Shown here piece after piece: positions 19,693 through 29,569 of a stretch of DNA of 64,000 nt. The notes under the pieces are model-generated. The model was not told the DNA's origin. It saw only the letters and a list, made by a program, of their open reading frames with translations, and did no database searches. Each line of letters begins with the position of its first letter. Position 1 is the first letter of the stretch. Source of the stretch: a bacterium (GTDB taxonomy: Bacteria; Pseudomonadota; Alphaproteobacteria; Caulobacterales; Caulobacteraceae); NCBI GenBank assembly GCA_943372245.1, contig CALRXX020000019.1, positions 4,435-68,434 of the forward strand, given 5' to 3'. A program made the position numbers and the translations under genes.

Positions 19693-20664
19693 TCAGCTCG
19701 CCGGAGCCTCGGCGAACTGGCCGCCGCGCCGGTAGCGCCACAGATAGGACGGGGCGATGGCCTCGATGCCGGTGGGCTCGATGCCCAGGGCTGCCAGACC
19801 CTCGGCGCCGTCGGCGACGACATTGTCGCTCTCCAGCAGCACGACCTGATCGCGGGTCAGCACCGGGGCGATGCCGACCATGGCGGTCAGCTGGGCCATG
19901 GAGCCGATGGCGCGCGCCGCGAAGAAGGGCAGGGGGATGAGGGCGAAGCTGCGATAGGTCTCGCGCCGGATCAGCTTCAGCACGGCCTCGAAGGTCATCA
20001 CCGCCGGCCCACCCAGTTCGAAGGTGCGGCCCGCCGCCTCGGGGGAGACCGTCGCGAGGGCGATGGCCTCGGCCACGTCGGCGACATAGACCGGCTGGAA
20101 TTTCGTCTGGCCGCCGCCGATCAACGGCAGGGCCGGGGCCATGGTGGCGAGGGCGGCGAAGCGGTTGAGGAAGTCGTCGCCGGCACCGAAGACGATCGAC
20201 GGGCGGATCACCACGGCGTCCGGCTTGACCTCGCGCACGGCCATTTCGGCGGCGGCCTTGGACTGGGCGTAGTCGGAAGCGCTCCCGGGGCTCGCCCCGA
20301 TGGCCGAGACCTGGACCAGACGGCCGACGCCGCCGGCGGCGCAGGCCTCGTCAATGTTGCGCGAGGCGTCGACGTGCAGGCTGCGGAAGGTGCGGCGGCC
20401 TGATTCGTACAGGATGCCGACCAGATTGATCGCCGCATCGGCACCGCGCAGGGCCGCAGCGACATCCTCGGCCCGCGTTACGTCGCAGCGGACCGACTGG
20501 AACTGGCCGACCGCGCCCGAGGTCTGAAGCTTGTACGCCCGGTCGGGTCGGCGGCAGGCGATACGCACCCGCCAGCCGCGCCTGGCCAGCGCCTGGACGA
20601 CCTGACTGCCGACGAAACCCGAGCCGCCGAAGACGGTGACAAGGCCGGGGACGACTTCGTTCAT
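19693..20664 (-). CDS. NDUFA9-like NAD(P)-binding SDR family protein
   Basis: VTVFGGSGFVG, INLVGIL, YAQSK, FQPVYVADVA. Confidence 0.88.
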   Translation of the reverse strand: MNEVVPGLVTVFGGSGFVGSQVVQALARRGWRVRIACRRPDRAYKLQTSGAVGQFQSVRCDVTRAEDVAAALRGADAAINLVGILYESGRRTFRSLHVDASRNIDEACAAGGVGRLVQVSAIGASPGSASDYAQSKAAAEMAVREVKPDAVVIRPSIVFGAGDDFLNRFAALATMAPALPLIGGGQTKFQPVYVADVAEAIALATVSPEAAGRTFELGGPAVMTFEAVLKLIRRETYRSFALIPLPFFAARAIGSMAQLTAMVGIAPVLTRDQVVLLESDNVVADGAEGLAALGIEPTGIEAIAPSYLWRYRRGGQFAEAPAS

Positions 20665-20840
20665 GACAGGCTCCGATGGGCGACGGCGCGAGGACGCAAA
20701 ACCCTCGACGCGCCGGGGATTAGACGATGGCTGCGGCGCTCGCAACGCAAAGGCCGCAAATCCCTGTTGACCGGCCCCGGACCCTGCCTTAAGGGTCCGC
20801 GCCTTCCGGACGAATACGTGTGCAAGCGCGAAACGTCTGG

Positions 20841-20927
<87 letters not shown>

Positions 20928-20935
20928 ATATTCAG

Positions 20936-20971
20936 ACGGCGTCGCGCTTCGGTGCGGCGCCGTTTGTGTTT
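20936..20971 (+). terminator. Terminator after tRNA-Leu
   Basis: acggcgtcgcgc-ttcg-gtgcggcgccgt followed by a T-rich tail. Confidence 0.7.
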
Positions 20972-20985
20972 CGGGGCTGTGGCGG

Positions 20986-21108
20986 GGTGGTTGGTGGTTG
21001 GTGGTTGGTGATTGGCGCGGAATCGGCGCGCACCATCAACGGGTCGTGATTCCCGGATCGACAACGAAGCACCAATCACCAACCACCAATCACCAACCAC
21101 CAACCACC
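20986..21108. repeat. Inverted heptamer tandem arrays (GGTGRTT)4 / (ACCAAYC)5
   Basis: ggtggtt x3 plus ggtgatt at 20986-21013; accaatc/accaacc x5 at 21071-21105. Confidence 0.9.
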
Positions 21109-21173
21109 TGCGACGCCGGAGGGAGACATCCCCGCCGCCACACGCTAGTTGAGGGCCTGAAAGGGTTTCACGA

Positions 21174-21788
21174 ATGACGGTGTTCCTCCACGAAGGCGAC
21201 CTGCCCGACGGTCTCGATCTGGGGCCCGAGGTGGCCATCGATTCCGAGACCATGGGGCTGCGCTTCCGCCGTGATCCCCTGTGCGTGGTGCAGCTCTCGG
21301 CCGGGGACGGGGACGCCCATGTCGTGCGCATGAACCGCCCGGCCTATGACTGCCCGAACCTCAAACGCCTGCTGACCGATCCGAAGGTGCTGAAGCTGTT
21401 CCATTTCGGCCGCTTCGACATCGGCATGTTCCAGCTGCATCTCGGGGTCGAGACCCGGCCGGTCTATTGCACCAAGATCGCCTCCAAACTGGCCCGCACC
21501 TATACCGACCGCCACGGGCTGAAGGATGTGGTGCGCGAACTGGTCGGGGTGGACCTGTCCAAGGCACAGCAGTCCAGCGACTGGGGTGCGGCCGAGCTGT
21601 CGCCCGCCCAGCTGGAGTACGCCGCGTCGGACGTCCTGTATCTGCATGCGGCCAGGGTCCGGCTGGACGAGATGCTGGCGCGTGAGGGCCGGACCGAACT
21701 GGCCCGCAAATGTTTCGACTTCCTGCCCACCCGGTCGGCGCTCGATCTGGCCGGCTGGGACGAGATGGACGTGTTCGCGCACACCTGA
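21174..21788 (+). CDS. rnd: Ribonuclease D-like 3'-5' exonuclease
   Basis: AIDSETMGL, HFGRFD, QQSSDW, YAASDV (DEDDy). Confidence 0.88.
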   Translation: MTVFLHEGDLPDGLDLGPEVAIDSETMGLRFRRDPLCVVQLSAGDGDAHVVRMNRPAYDCPNLKRLLTDPKVLKLFHFGRFDIGMFQLHLGVETRPVYCTKIASKLARTYTDRHGLKDVVRELVGVDLSKAQQSSDWGAAELSPAQLEYAASDVLYLHAARVRLDEMLAREGRTELARKCFDFLPTRSALDLAGWDEMDVFAHT

Positions 21789-22444
21789 TGACCGATCCCG
21801 CCGACAGCCATGCACATCAGGATGAGGCCCGCGTCGCCGCGACGGCCAGGGCCTTCCGCGCGCGCTCGCGGCGGGTGCAACTGCTGCGCCGGGTCCTGCC
21901 CGTGGCGATCGTCGTCCTGGCCGGCGGCACGGTCAGCTGGATCGTGCTGCGCAGCGTCATGTCCGACGTCGAGCGCAAGGCCGGGACCAGCCGCGAGATC
22001 CGCCTTGATGCGCTGAGGTTCCACGGTCAGGACGCTGCGGGCCGCAGCTTCGTCATCGGCGCCGAGGGTGCCGTGCGCGACCCGGACACCGGCCGTTATC
22101 GCCTGATCGGCCCGGCGCTGCGGTTGAACCTCGGCGGCCGCAAGGTGACCACCCTTACCGCCGACGGCGGCGTCTATGACGAGGCCGGCAAGACCGTGAT
22201 CATCGGCCCGAACGTGCGGATTTCCGACGGCGGCTCGGGCTTTACGCTGATGACGCCCGAGGCGGTGGTGGACACCGCGACCGGCATTGTGACCGGGAAC
22301 AAGGGCGTCGAGGGCTCCGGCCCGCTTGGAACCATCAGCGCTTCGTCCTATGTCATCCGGGAACAGGGCGGGCGCGTCGAATTTCGAGGCTCCGGCGAAA
22401 ACAAGATTCGCGGCACGATCAACGCCGGAGGTTCCAACCGATGA
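21788..22444 (+). CDS. lptC: LPS export protein LptC
   Basis: Single N-terminal TM then beta-rich domain; position before lptA-lptB. Confidence 0.8.
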   Translation: MTDPADSHAHQDEARVAATARAFRARSRRVQLLRRVLPVAIVVLAGGTVSWIVLRSVMSDVERKAGTSREIRLDALRFHGQDAAGRSFVIGAEGAVRDPDTGRYRLIGPALRLNLGGRKVTTLTADGGVYDEAGKTVIIGPNVRISDGGSGFTLMTPEAVVDTATGIVTGNKGVEGSGPLGTISASSYVIREQGGRVEFRGSGENKIRGTINAGGSNR

Positions 22445-22935
22445 CCAAGACCAGAGTGCTGACTATCGCGGCGGTGACGCTGGCGCTGCTGGCCCTGCCG
22501 ACCATGGGTGACGCCCAGACGGCTCCCCGGTTGGGCAACGAGGCCATCTCCTATGGCGCTGACGCCGGCGAAGCCACGCCGAACAGCCTGTCCCTGCGCG
22601 GGCGCGCCGAAGTCATTCAGGGGCAGAACCGCCTGCGCGCCGACGCCATCAATGGTTCCGGTGCCAATAGCGGGATCGAGCGGATCGAGGCGATCGGGAA
22701 TGTCTATTTCGTCACGCCGGATCAGACCATTCGCGGTGACCGCGCTGTCTATACGCCGGGGGACAATCTTGTGGTCATGACCGGGGACGTCATCGTCACC
22801 CAGGGCGAGAATGTCATGACGGGCGGCCGGCTGACCTACAATACCGAGACCCAGGCGGTCACCATGGCTGGCGGCGCCGGATCGAACGGCGGCCGCATTC
22901 GCGGCGTCTTCCATCCCGAACGCAGCGGCAACTGA
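22441..22935 (+). CDS. lptA: LPS transport periplasmic protein LptA
   Basis: Signal peptide, OstA-like repeats (IEAIGNV, GDRAVY, GRIRGVF). Confidence 0.88.
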   Translation: MTKTRVLTIAAVTLALLALPTMGDAQTAPRLGNEAISYGADAGEATPNSLSLRGRAEVIQGQNRLRADAINGSGANSGIERIEAIGNVYFVTPDQTIRGDRAVYTPGDNLVVMTGDVIVTQGENVMTGGRLTYNTETQAVTMAGGAGSNGGRIRGVFHPERSGN

Positions 22936-22955
22936 GCCCCGGCCCGGTCTGACCA

Positions 22956-23747
22956 TTGGCGCGCAAGGAACTCTCAGCCCTCAATGTGATCGAGGCCCCG
23001 GCAACCCCGGCGGTTGAGCCCGCGCGCATGACCGGCCTTCGGGTCGAACACATCGCCCGCGCCTTCGGCCAGCGGCAGGTGGTGCGCGATGTCTCCCTGC
23101 ATGTCGAGCGCGGCCAGGTCGCGGGCCTGCTGGGGCCGAACGGGGCCGGCAAGACCACCTGTTTCTACATGATCACCGGCCTGATCCCGCCGGACAGCGG
23201 CACGATCTGGCTGGACGGCGAGGACATCACGGCCCAGCCGATGTACCAGCGCGCCCGCATGGGTCTGGGCTATCTGGCGCAGGAGGCCTCGATCTTCCGC
23301 GGCATGACGGTCGAGCATAACGTCCGGGCGGTGGTCGAACTGCACCATACCGGCGAGGCCGCCATTGCCGAGGAGACCAGCCGTCTGCTGGAAGAGCTGC
23401 GCATTGACCACCTGCGCCACGCCCCGGCCTCGGGCCTGTCGGGCGGCGAGCGGCGCCGTTGCGAGATCGCCCGGGCCCTGGCCGGCAAGCCCAGCTTCAT
23501 GCTGCTGGACGAACCCTTCGCCGGCATCGACCCCCTGGCCATCGCCGACATCCGCCAGGTCATCCGCTATCTGGCGGGTCAGGGCATCGGCGTCCTGATC
23601 ACCGACCACAATGTCCGCGAGACGCTGGAAATCATCGACCACGCCTCGATCATCTCGGGCGGGGCCGTGCTGTTCGAAGGCAAGGCCGAGGACGTGATCC
23701 GCGACCCGGAAGTCCGCCGGGTCTATCTGGGCGACATGTACGGGTAA
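22956..23747 (+). CDS. lptB: LPS export ABC transporter ATPase
   Basis: GPNGAGKTTCFYM, LSGGERRR, LLDEPFAGIDP, ITDHNVRETL; exact start uncertain. Confidence 0.95.
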   Translation: MARKELSALNVIEAPATPAVEPARMTGLRVEHIARAFGQRQVVRDVSLHVERGQVAGLLGPNGAGKTTCFYMITGLIPPDSGTIWLDGEDITAQPMYQRARMGLGYLAQEASIFRGMTVEHNVRAVVELHHTGEAAIAEETSRLLEELRIDHLRHAPASGLSGGERRRCEIARALAGKPSFMLLDEPFAGIDPLAIADIRQVIRYLAGQGIGVLITDHNVRETLEIIDHASIISGGAVLFEGKAEDVIRDPEVRRVYLGDMYG

Positions 23748-23757
23748 GGCTTCGCGC

Positions 23758-25071
23758 CTACTCCGCCCCCAGGCTCAACCGGCTGATCAGCACCGCGGCC
23801 CGTTGCGCCTGCCGCACCAGACTGTCGAGATCGACCCATTCGCCGTCGGCGTGGGCGTTTCCGCCCGCGACGCCCAGACCGCCCAGCGTATCCACATCCG
23901 CGGCCACGAAGCCGCTGTCGGCGGCGCCGCGGCGGGCGGGGTCGTATTCGCCCATCTCCGGCAGGCCGAGGTCGCGGTTTACGGCGTTCAGCCGCGCCAG
24001 AAGCGCGCGATTGCCCTCGCTCGGGGCCATGGGCGGATAGCCGCCCCCGGCGAAGACCAGTCGGGCGTCGGTCCGCGGCAGGTGTTCGGCGACGATAGCC
24101 TGCATCCGGCCACGGACGCGCTCGTCCTGTTCCCGGGTCAGGGTGCGCAGGTCGCCGCGGGCGATGGCGGTCGAGGCGACGATATTGGTCTTGCCCGAGG
24201 CGGTGACGTTGAAGCCCTCGGCGTCGATGGCGGCGGGCGTGCCTCCGGCGACGACGCCGACATTGTAGGTCAGGTTCGGCTCCGGCAGGTCGCGGCGGAA
24301 GCCGTCGAGGATGCGGGCCAGCTCATAGATGGCACCGTAGCCGAGGGCATCGTTGAACACCCCGCTGGAATGGCCGGTGCGGCCCGTCGTCGTCAGGGTC
24401 CAGTTGGAGGAGCTGCGGCGGGCAATGGTGCCGAAATCGGCACCGTCCTCCATGGCCAGGTTCTCGAACTCGAGGGCGAAGGCGGCGGCGCGTCCGGCCT
24501 CGATCAGGTCGCGGCGGGCGAGGGAGGACGGAGTGCCGATCCGCTCCTCGTCGCCGGTCAGGAACACCGTGACGTTCGCGTCGTGCAGCGTGCCCGCCGC
24601 CTGCATGGCGCGCAGGGCGGCGATGATGACGACCACCCCGCCCTTGTCGTCGCCGATTCCCGGCCCGGTCGCGCGTGTGCCGTCGCGCACGAAGCGCTGG
24701 AAGGGGTTGTCGGCCTCGAACACCGTGTCGAGATGGCCGATCAGCAGGACGTTGCGGCCCGGGCCTTCATGGGTGGCGATCAGGTGGCCGGCGCGGCCGG
24801 TCCCGGCCATGTCGACCCAGCGGACCTGAAAGCCCAGCGGCTCCAGTTCGGCCCTGACCATGTCGCGGACGGCCCGGACGCCCGGCAGGTTCAGCGTGCC
24901 GCTGTTCTGGTTCACCATCCGCTCCAGCAGAGCGATGTGGCGGTCATGCTCGGCGGTGACCGTCAGCATCATCGTCTGTTCGGCGGGGTCGACGACCGGC
25001 GCGAAGGTCGACTGGGCCAGCGCGGCACCGGGCAGGGCGAGGAGCAGCAGGGCGGTCAGGATCGGGCGCAT
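23758..25071 (-). CDS. Exported M20 metallopeptidase (carboxypeptidase G2-like)
   Basis: Signal peptide, GHLDTV, GPGIGDDKGG, GDEE, AH...E. Confidence 0.88.
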   Translation of the reverse strand: MRPILTALLLLALPGAALAQSTFAPVVDPAEQTMMLTVTAEHDRHIALLERMVNQNSGTLNLPGVRAVRDMVRAELEPLGFQVRWVDMAGTGRAGHLIATHEGPGRNVLLIGHLDTVFEADNPFQRFVRDGTRATGPGIGDDKGGVVVIIAALRAMQAAGTLHDANVTVFLTGDEERIGTPSSLARRDLIEAGRAAAFALEFENLAMEDGADFGTIARRSSSNWTLTTTGRTGHSSGVFNDALGYGAIYELARILDGFRRDLPEPNLTYNVGVVAGGTPAAIDAEGFNVTASGKTNIVASTAIARGDLRTLTREQDERVRGRMQAIVAEHLPRTDARLVFAGGGYPPMAPSEGNRALLARLNAVNRDLGLPEMGEYDPARRGAADSGFVAADVDTLGGLGVAGGNAHADGEWVDLDSLVRQAQRAAVLISRLSLGAE

Positions 25072-25146
25072 CGACTTCCTCTCGCGGAAGGCCCGACGCT
25101 CGCCGATCCGGGTGCCGGAGTAAAGAACCAGCCGCCGCGTCGGTCC

Positions 25147-26052
25147 CTAGCTGCTCTCCCGCTCTCTCCGCTCCCGCACCATCAGGCCTGCGAGATCGCT
25201 GGCCTGGGCATTCGCCGAGGCCCTGTTCGGTTCGGCCTGATAAAGCGCTTGAAGATAGGCGTGGTCCCAGGCGGTCAGCCCCGGCGTTCCGTCGGCGAAC
25301 AGGTTCAGGACCGTGGGCAGTTCCGTCGTGTCGGCACGGGAGTCGACCTGGGCGAGCGCCACCAGGGATACATATTCGGTCAACCCCTCGAAGGTCGTGT
25401 CGCCCAGCTTGTCGACGTCGATGATGATGATGACCTTGTTCAGGTCGTCCCGGATGTTCGATCGCAGACGCGACGCCCGGGAGCCGGTGGTTGTCGGAGC
25501 GTCTTCGCCCGGCAGCCGCACCGCACGAGCGCCCGTGTCGGAGTCCACCGGCACACTGATGTGCCACCACCTGATGGGCCGGTCGGAGGTCTTGAAATCC
25601 TCCAGGGCGGCCATGGACAGGTTCATCCCCGATCCGCCCGGGCGAAAGGCACGCTGATGCTCATCGACCAACGCCGTGGCGAGCGCTGCGCTGTCGGTGG
25701 TTGCCACGATCACCACATTGGCGGTGCAGCCGGGTTCTCCGGGCTCGATGCCGAGCTCGAGCGCAACAGCCGAAATCCGGTCGATCATGTACTGGGCGGC
25801 TTCAGCCGGAAGGTTGGCGACGGCGATACAGACCTTTCCATGCCACCGCGCAAGCCGACGGTCGCGCGGAGGGGCTCCAAGGGTGTCGACGAACCGGTCG
25901 GCGATCAGACGATTGCGCTCGCCCGTGACGACGACATCCTCAAGCTGCGTCACCTGCTCCTGGGGCGTCGGCCCGGGAGGGTCCTGGTCGAGGCCGCTGG
26001 CGTTCAGGGTCGCCGCAAACGCGGCCGCTGTGAAAATTCCGGCAAACGACAT
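25147..26052 (-). CDS. Exported hypothetical protein with EDVVVTG motif
   Basis: GGAGGG SD, signal-like N-terminus, LEDVVVTG; start moved to ATG 26052. Confidence 0.7.
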   Translation of the reverse strand: MSFAGIFTAAAFAATLNASGLDQDPPGPTPQEQVTQLEDVVVTGERNRLIADRFVDTLGAPPRDRRLARWHGKVCIAVANLPAEAAQYMIDRISAVALELGIEPGEPGCTANVVIVATTDSAALATALVDEHQRAFRPGGSGMNLSMAALEDFKTSDRPIRWWHISVPVDSDTGARAVRLPGEDAPTTTGSRASRLRSNIRDDLNKVIIIIDVDKLGDTTFEGLTEYVSLVALAQVDSRADTTELPTVLNLFADGTPGLTAWDHAYLQALYQAEPNRASANAQASDLAGLMVRERRERESS

Positions 26053-26263
26053 GTTCCCTCCAGTCGAGCGCCCGCCACCCTTTGTGAGCCTCGACGCCTC
26101 AGCCGCCACCAACATGGATTTTTGGGCGTTGGTAGGACCGCATTGTTTCAGCGGAGAAATCCGGCTGTCATCCGGGGCGTGACCGCCGGGGCGCGGCACC
26201 GGCGACGGGGGGCTGAAGCCGCCGTCCGGGCCCCGGACCGGGCGTCGCCTGGTGGGTCGGGGT

Positions 26264-26279
26264 TTAGAGCGCCGTTAAC
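26264..26279 (+). promoter_or_regulatory. CtrA-like box upstream of rpoN
   Basis: TTAG-N7-TTAAC, one mismatch to consensus. Confidence 0.55.
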
Positions 26280-26344
26280 CGGTCAGGCCACAAGGTGGCC
26301 GCAGCAAGTTTCGGGCCACGCCCGGGTGCAGGGGAAAAAGAACG

Positions 26345-27862
26345 TTGCTCGGACAAAGGCTGGAGATTCGGCAGGGCCAGGGCCTGGTCATCACGCCCCA
26401 GCTGCAGCAGGCGATCAAGCTGCTGCAACTGTCCAACCTCGAGCTGGACGCCTTCGTCGAGGCCGAGCTGGAGCGTAATCCGCTGCTGCAGCGCGAGGAC
26501 GCCGAGGCCGGCGGCGAGATCGACGCCCCGGTGGTGGTGGAGAGCCATGACGCCGCGGAGATGAGTTTCGACGAGGGCCGGGTGACCGATGCGGATCGCA
26601 CGCTCGATGCCCGCTCCGACGACGTCTATGGTGACGCCAGCCCCGGCGAGCGCACTTCTGACCGGATGGAGGATGTCGGCGTCGGCGAGGCCCAGGTCGG
26701 GCTGAACGACTGGTCCCGCGCCGGCGCGGGCGGCGGACTGCCCGACGGCGAGGGCCGCGAACAGCCCGACAGCCGTGAGATGACCCTGTGGGAGCATCTG
26801 CAGGCCCAGGCCTCGCAGGCGGGATTCAGCGGGCCGGACCACGCCATCTGCCTGACCCTGATCGATGCGGTCGACGAGGGCGGTTACCTGCGCGGGGAAT
26901 TGGCCGAGTTCGCTGACCGGCTGGGGGTTCCGCTGGAGCGGGTCGAGGCGGTGCTGACCGTCTGCCAGGGCTTCGAGCCCACCGGCGTCATGGCCCGTTC
27001 TGTCCCCGAATGCCTGAAGCTGCAGCTGATCGAGCGCAACCGGTTCGATCCGGCGATGGGCTGCCTGCTCGACAATCTGGATCTGCTGGCCAAGCGGGAT
27101 GTGACGGGCCTGCGCAGGGTCTGCGGCGTCGATGCCGAGGACATGGCCGAGATGATCGCCGAGCTGAAGGCGCTGACGCCCCGGCCGGGCGCGGGCTTCG
27201 GCGGCGAGCCGGCCCAGACGGTGATCCCGGATGTGTATGTGCGGTCCGATCCGGCCGGCGGCTGGAAGGTCGAGCTGAACGCCGACACCCTGCCGCGCCT
27301 GATCATGGACAAGCGCTATCACGGGGTGGTGGCGGCCGGTTCGCGCTCGGACGTGGAGAAGACCTTCGTCGCCGATTGCGCGGCCCAGGCCAGCTGGCTG
27401 GTCAAGTCGCTGGACCAGCGCGCCAGGACCATACTGAAGGTCTCCTCCGAGATCGTGCGCCAGCAGGACGCCTTCCTGGCGTTCGGGGTGGAGTTTCTGC
27501 GGCCGCTGAACCTGAAGACGGTGGCCGACGCCATCGGCATGCATGAATCGACGGTCAGCCGGGTGACCTCGAATAAATATGTCTCGACGCCGCGCGGCGT
27601 GTTCGAGCTGAAATTCTTCTTCACGGCGGCGATCCAGTCGTCCGACGGCGGCGCGACCCATTCGGCCGAAGCCGTGCGCCACCGGATCAAGGCCATGATC
27701 GACGGTGAGAGTCGCGACGGCGACGTCCTGTCCGATGACCGGATCGTTGAGATCCTCAAGGAGGCGGGCATCGACATCGCCCGCCGCACTGTGGCGAAAT
27801 ACCGCGAGGCCCTGCGGATACCGTCGTCGGTGGAACGGAAGCGGATGCTGAAGACGGGGTAG
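26345..27862 (+). CDS. rpoN: RNA polymerase sigma-54 factor
   Basis: PQLQQAIKLLQLS, HESTVSR, RpoN box ARRTVAKYRE. Confidence 0.98.
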   Translation: MLGQRLEIRQGQGLVITPQLQQAIKLLQLSNLELDAFVEAELERNPLLQREDAEAGGEIDAPVVVESHDAAEMSFDEGRVTDADRTLDARSDDVYGDASPGERTSDRMEDVGVGEAQVGLNDWSRAGAGGGLPDGEGREQPDSREMTLWEHLQAQASQAGFSGPDHAICLTLIDAVDEGGYLRGELAEFADRLGVPLERVEAVLTVCQGFEPTGVMARSVPECLKLQLIERNRFDPAMGCLLDNLDLLAKRDVTGLRRVCGVDAEDMAEMIAELKALTPRPGAGFGGEPAQTVIPDVYVRSDPAGGWKVELNADTLPRLIMDKRYHGVVAAGSRSDVEKTFVADCAAQASWLVKSLDQRARTILKVSSEIVRQQDAFLAFGVEFLRPLNLKTVADAIGMHESTVSRVTSNKYVSTPRGVFELKFFFTAAIQSSDGGATHSAEAVRHRIKAMIDGESRDGDVLSDDRIVEILKEAGIDIARRTVAKYREALRIPSSVERKRMLKTG

Positions 27863-27965
27863 GTGTTTGTGCCCTCCCTCCCCATGAGGGCAAGGGAGCA
27901 AAATCCTTCACCACATTTCGGTGATCGGCGTTGACACCAAGCGCAGACCGTCGCGTTCTACCACC

Positions 27966-28631
27966 ATGCAAATCCAGGTCAGTGGCAAGCACGTAGATGT
28001 CGGCGACGCGTTAGGCTCGCGCATCTCCCGGGAACTCGAAGACGGGATCGGAAAGTATTTCGAACGCGGGGCCCAGGAGGCCGAGGTCGTGGTGTCCAAG
28101 GACGGCCATGGCTTCAAGGTGGACTGCTGGGTTCGCCTCGCTTCGGGTGAGGCCATCGTGACCAGCGGTCTGGGTGGGGACGCCCATGGGGCCTTCTCCG
28201 ACTCGCTCGAGAAGCTCGAGAAGCGCGTGCGCCGCTACAAGCGCCGGCTCAAGAATCACAAGGCCGGTCCGCGCGGCATGTCGCCGGAGAAGACCGAAAA
28301 CGCCGCCCGCGACGTGGCCCGCAGCATCGTCCTGCGCAGCCCGGATTCGGTCGAGGATGACGCCTTCGGCGACGCCGGTGCTCCCGACGAGCCGCCGCCC
28401 GTGGGCATGGTCATCGCCGAGACCGAGACCGAAATCCGCACCATCACGGTCGGTCGCGCGGTGCTGGAACTGGATATGACCGGCTATCCGGTGGTGCTGT
28501 TCCGCAATGCGGCGCACGGCGGCATCTCGGTCGTCTATCGCCGTCCCGACGGCAATGTGGGCTGGATCGATCCCGAGCGTACGGTGAAGTCGATCAATGG
28601 ACACGGTTCGGTAAACGATCGCGGCGTATAG
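27966..28631 (+). CDS. hpf: Ribosome hibernation promoting factor (long form)
   Basis: MQIQVSGKHVDVG, KLEKRVRRYKRRL, VVYRRPDGNVGWI. Confidence 0.93.
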   Translation: MQIQVSGKHVDVGDALGSRISRELEDGIGKYFERGAQEAEVVVSKDGHGFKVDCWVRLASGEAIVTSGLGGDAHGAFSDSLEKLEKRVRRYKRRLKNHKAGPRGMSPEKTENAARDVARSIVLRSPDSVEDDAFGDAGAPDEPPPVGMVIAETETEIRTITVGRAVLELDMTGYPVVLFRNAAHGGISVVYRRPDGNVGWIDPERTVKSINGHGSVNDRGV

Positions 28632-28706
28632 TCTTCCCCAATCGAGGCGGGTGGTCTACAGGGCCCCCGCCCATTCGGGATGTACGGGCAGAGTCGGGAA
28701 CTCCTC

Positions 28707-29174
28707 ATGGACATCGGTGAATTGCTGGCGGACGGCGCTGTCGTCCTGCGCAGCGGTGCCTCGTCAAAGCGTCAGGCCTTGCACACGGTGGCGGAAGCCG
28801 CCGCGCAGGCGCTTGGCATGTCGGAAAGCCGCATCATGGACGCCTTGCTGGAGCGCGAGGCCCTGGGCTCGACCGGCCTCGGTTCGGGCGTCGCCGTACC
28901 GCACGCGCGGCTCGAGGGCGTATCGCGCGTGACGGCGGTGTTCGTGCGGCTTGAGACGCCTGTCGCCTTCGGGGCCGTTGATGATCGGCCCGTGGATCTG
29001 CTGTTCGCCCTGTTCGCCCCGCCCTGCGACGGTGCCGAACACCTGCGCGCCCTGGCCGCAGTGTCCCGGGTCCTGCGATCGTCGGAGATGCGCGAGCAGC
29101 TCCGTCAGGCACGGACCGCCGACGCGATCCGCGCCCTGTTCGTCCGCGACAGCATTCCGGCTACGGCGGCCTGA
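28707..29174 (+). CDS. ptsN: PTS nitrogen regulatory IIA component
   Basis: REALGSTGLGSGVAVPHAR, HLRALA. Confidence 0.93.
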   Translation: MDIGELLADGAVVLRSGASSKRQALHTVAEAAAQALGMSESRIMDALLEREALGSTGLGSGVAVPHARLEGVSRVTAVFVRLETPVAFGAVDDRPVDLLFALFAPPCDGAEHLRALAAVSRVLRSSEMREQLRQARTADAIRALFVRDSIPATAA

Positions 29175-29183
29175 CATTGTTGC

Positions 29184-29222
29184 TGCGCTATCGCTCCCCG
29201 CCGCGCGCGGAGCGATAGCGCA
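29184..29222. terminator. Hairpin between convergent ptsN and DUF1150 genes
   Basis: 14-bp perfect inverted repeat tgcgctatcgctcc/ggagcgatagcgca. Confidence 0.65.
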
Positions 29223-29228
29223 TTTCCG

Positions 29229-29483
29229 TCAATGCACTGACACCGGCTCCAGTTCATGGGCCACGGCAGCGGCGAATGCGGCTTCGCGGTCCATCATCAC
29301 GGCCAGACGTTCGCCGTCGGCGCCGTGCACGGCATAGAGGGTGGCTTCCGGGTCGATCGTCATGCCCCCGGCCTCGGTCACATCCGCCATGACGTCCGAG
29401 GCGCGGATCTCGCGCACATAGACGAGGTCGGGCGCGCCCAGCCCCCTGAAATCTTCCCTGGTCATGATCGTGGTCGGCGTCAT
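29229..29483 (-). CDS. DUF1150 family protein
   Basis: LVYVR, LYAVHGADGERLA, PVSVH; typical partner downstream of Hsp20. Confidence 0.85.
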   Translation of the reverse strand: MTPTTIMTREDFRGLGAPDLVYVREIRASDVMADVTEAGGMTIDPEATLYAVHGADGERLAVMMDREAAFAAAVAHELEPVSVH

Positions 29484-29569
29484 CAGGACCGCCTCCTTGT
29501 ACTCAACGAACGCCCGGAACGGGCTTTGGGGTCCGGCCCCGGAAGCGGCGACCGGAAATCGGCCGGCGG

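Noticed and set aside
20986-21108. Repeat arrays considered as CRISPR or telomere-like
   Set aside because: 7-bp tandem units with no unique spacers and no cas genes; kept as a heptamer element instead
23803-26478. 891-aa plus-strand ORF and other long antisense ORFs (331-1947, 48430-50361, 51554-53242, 44119-45903)
   Set aside because: Shadow frames of real genes in high-GC DNA, with no recognisable motifs
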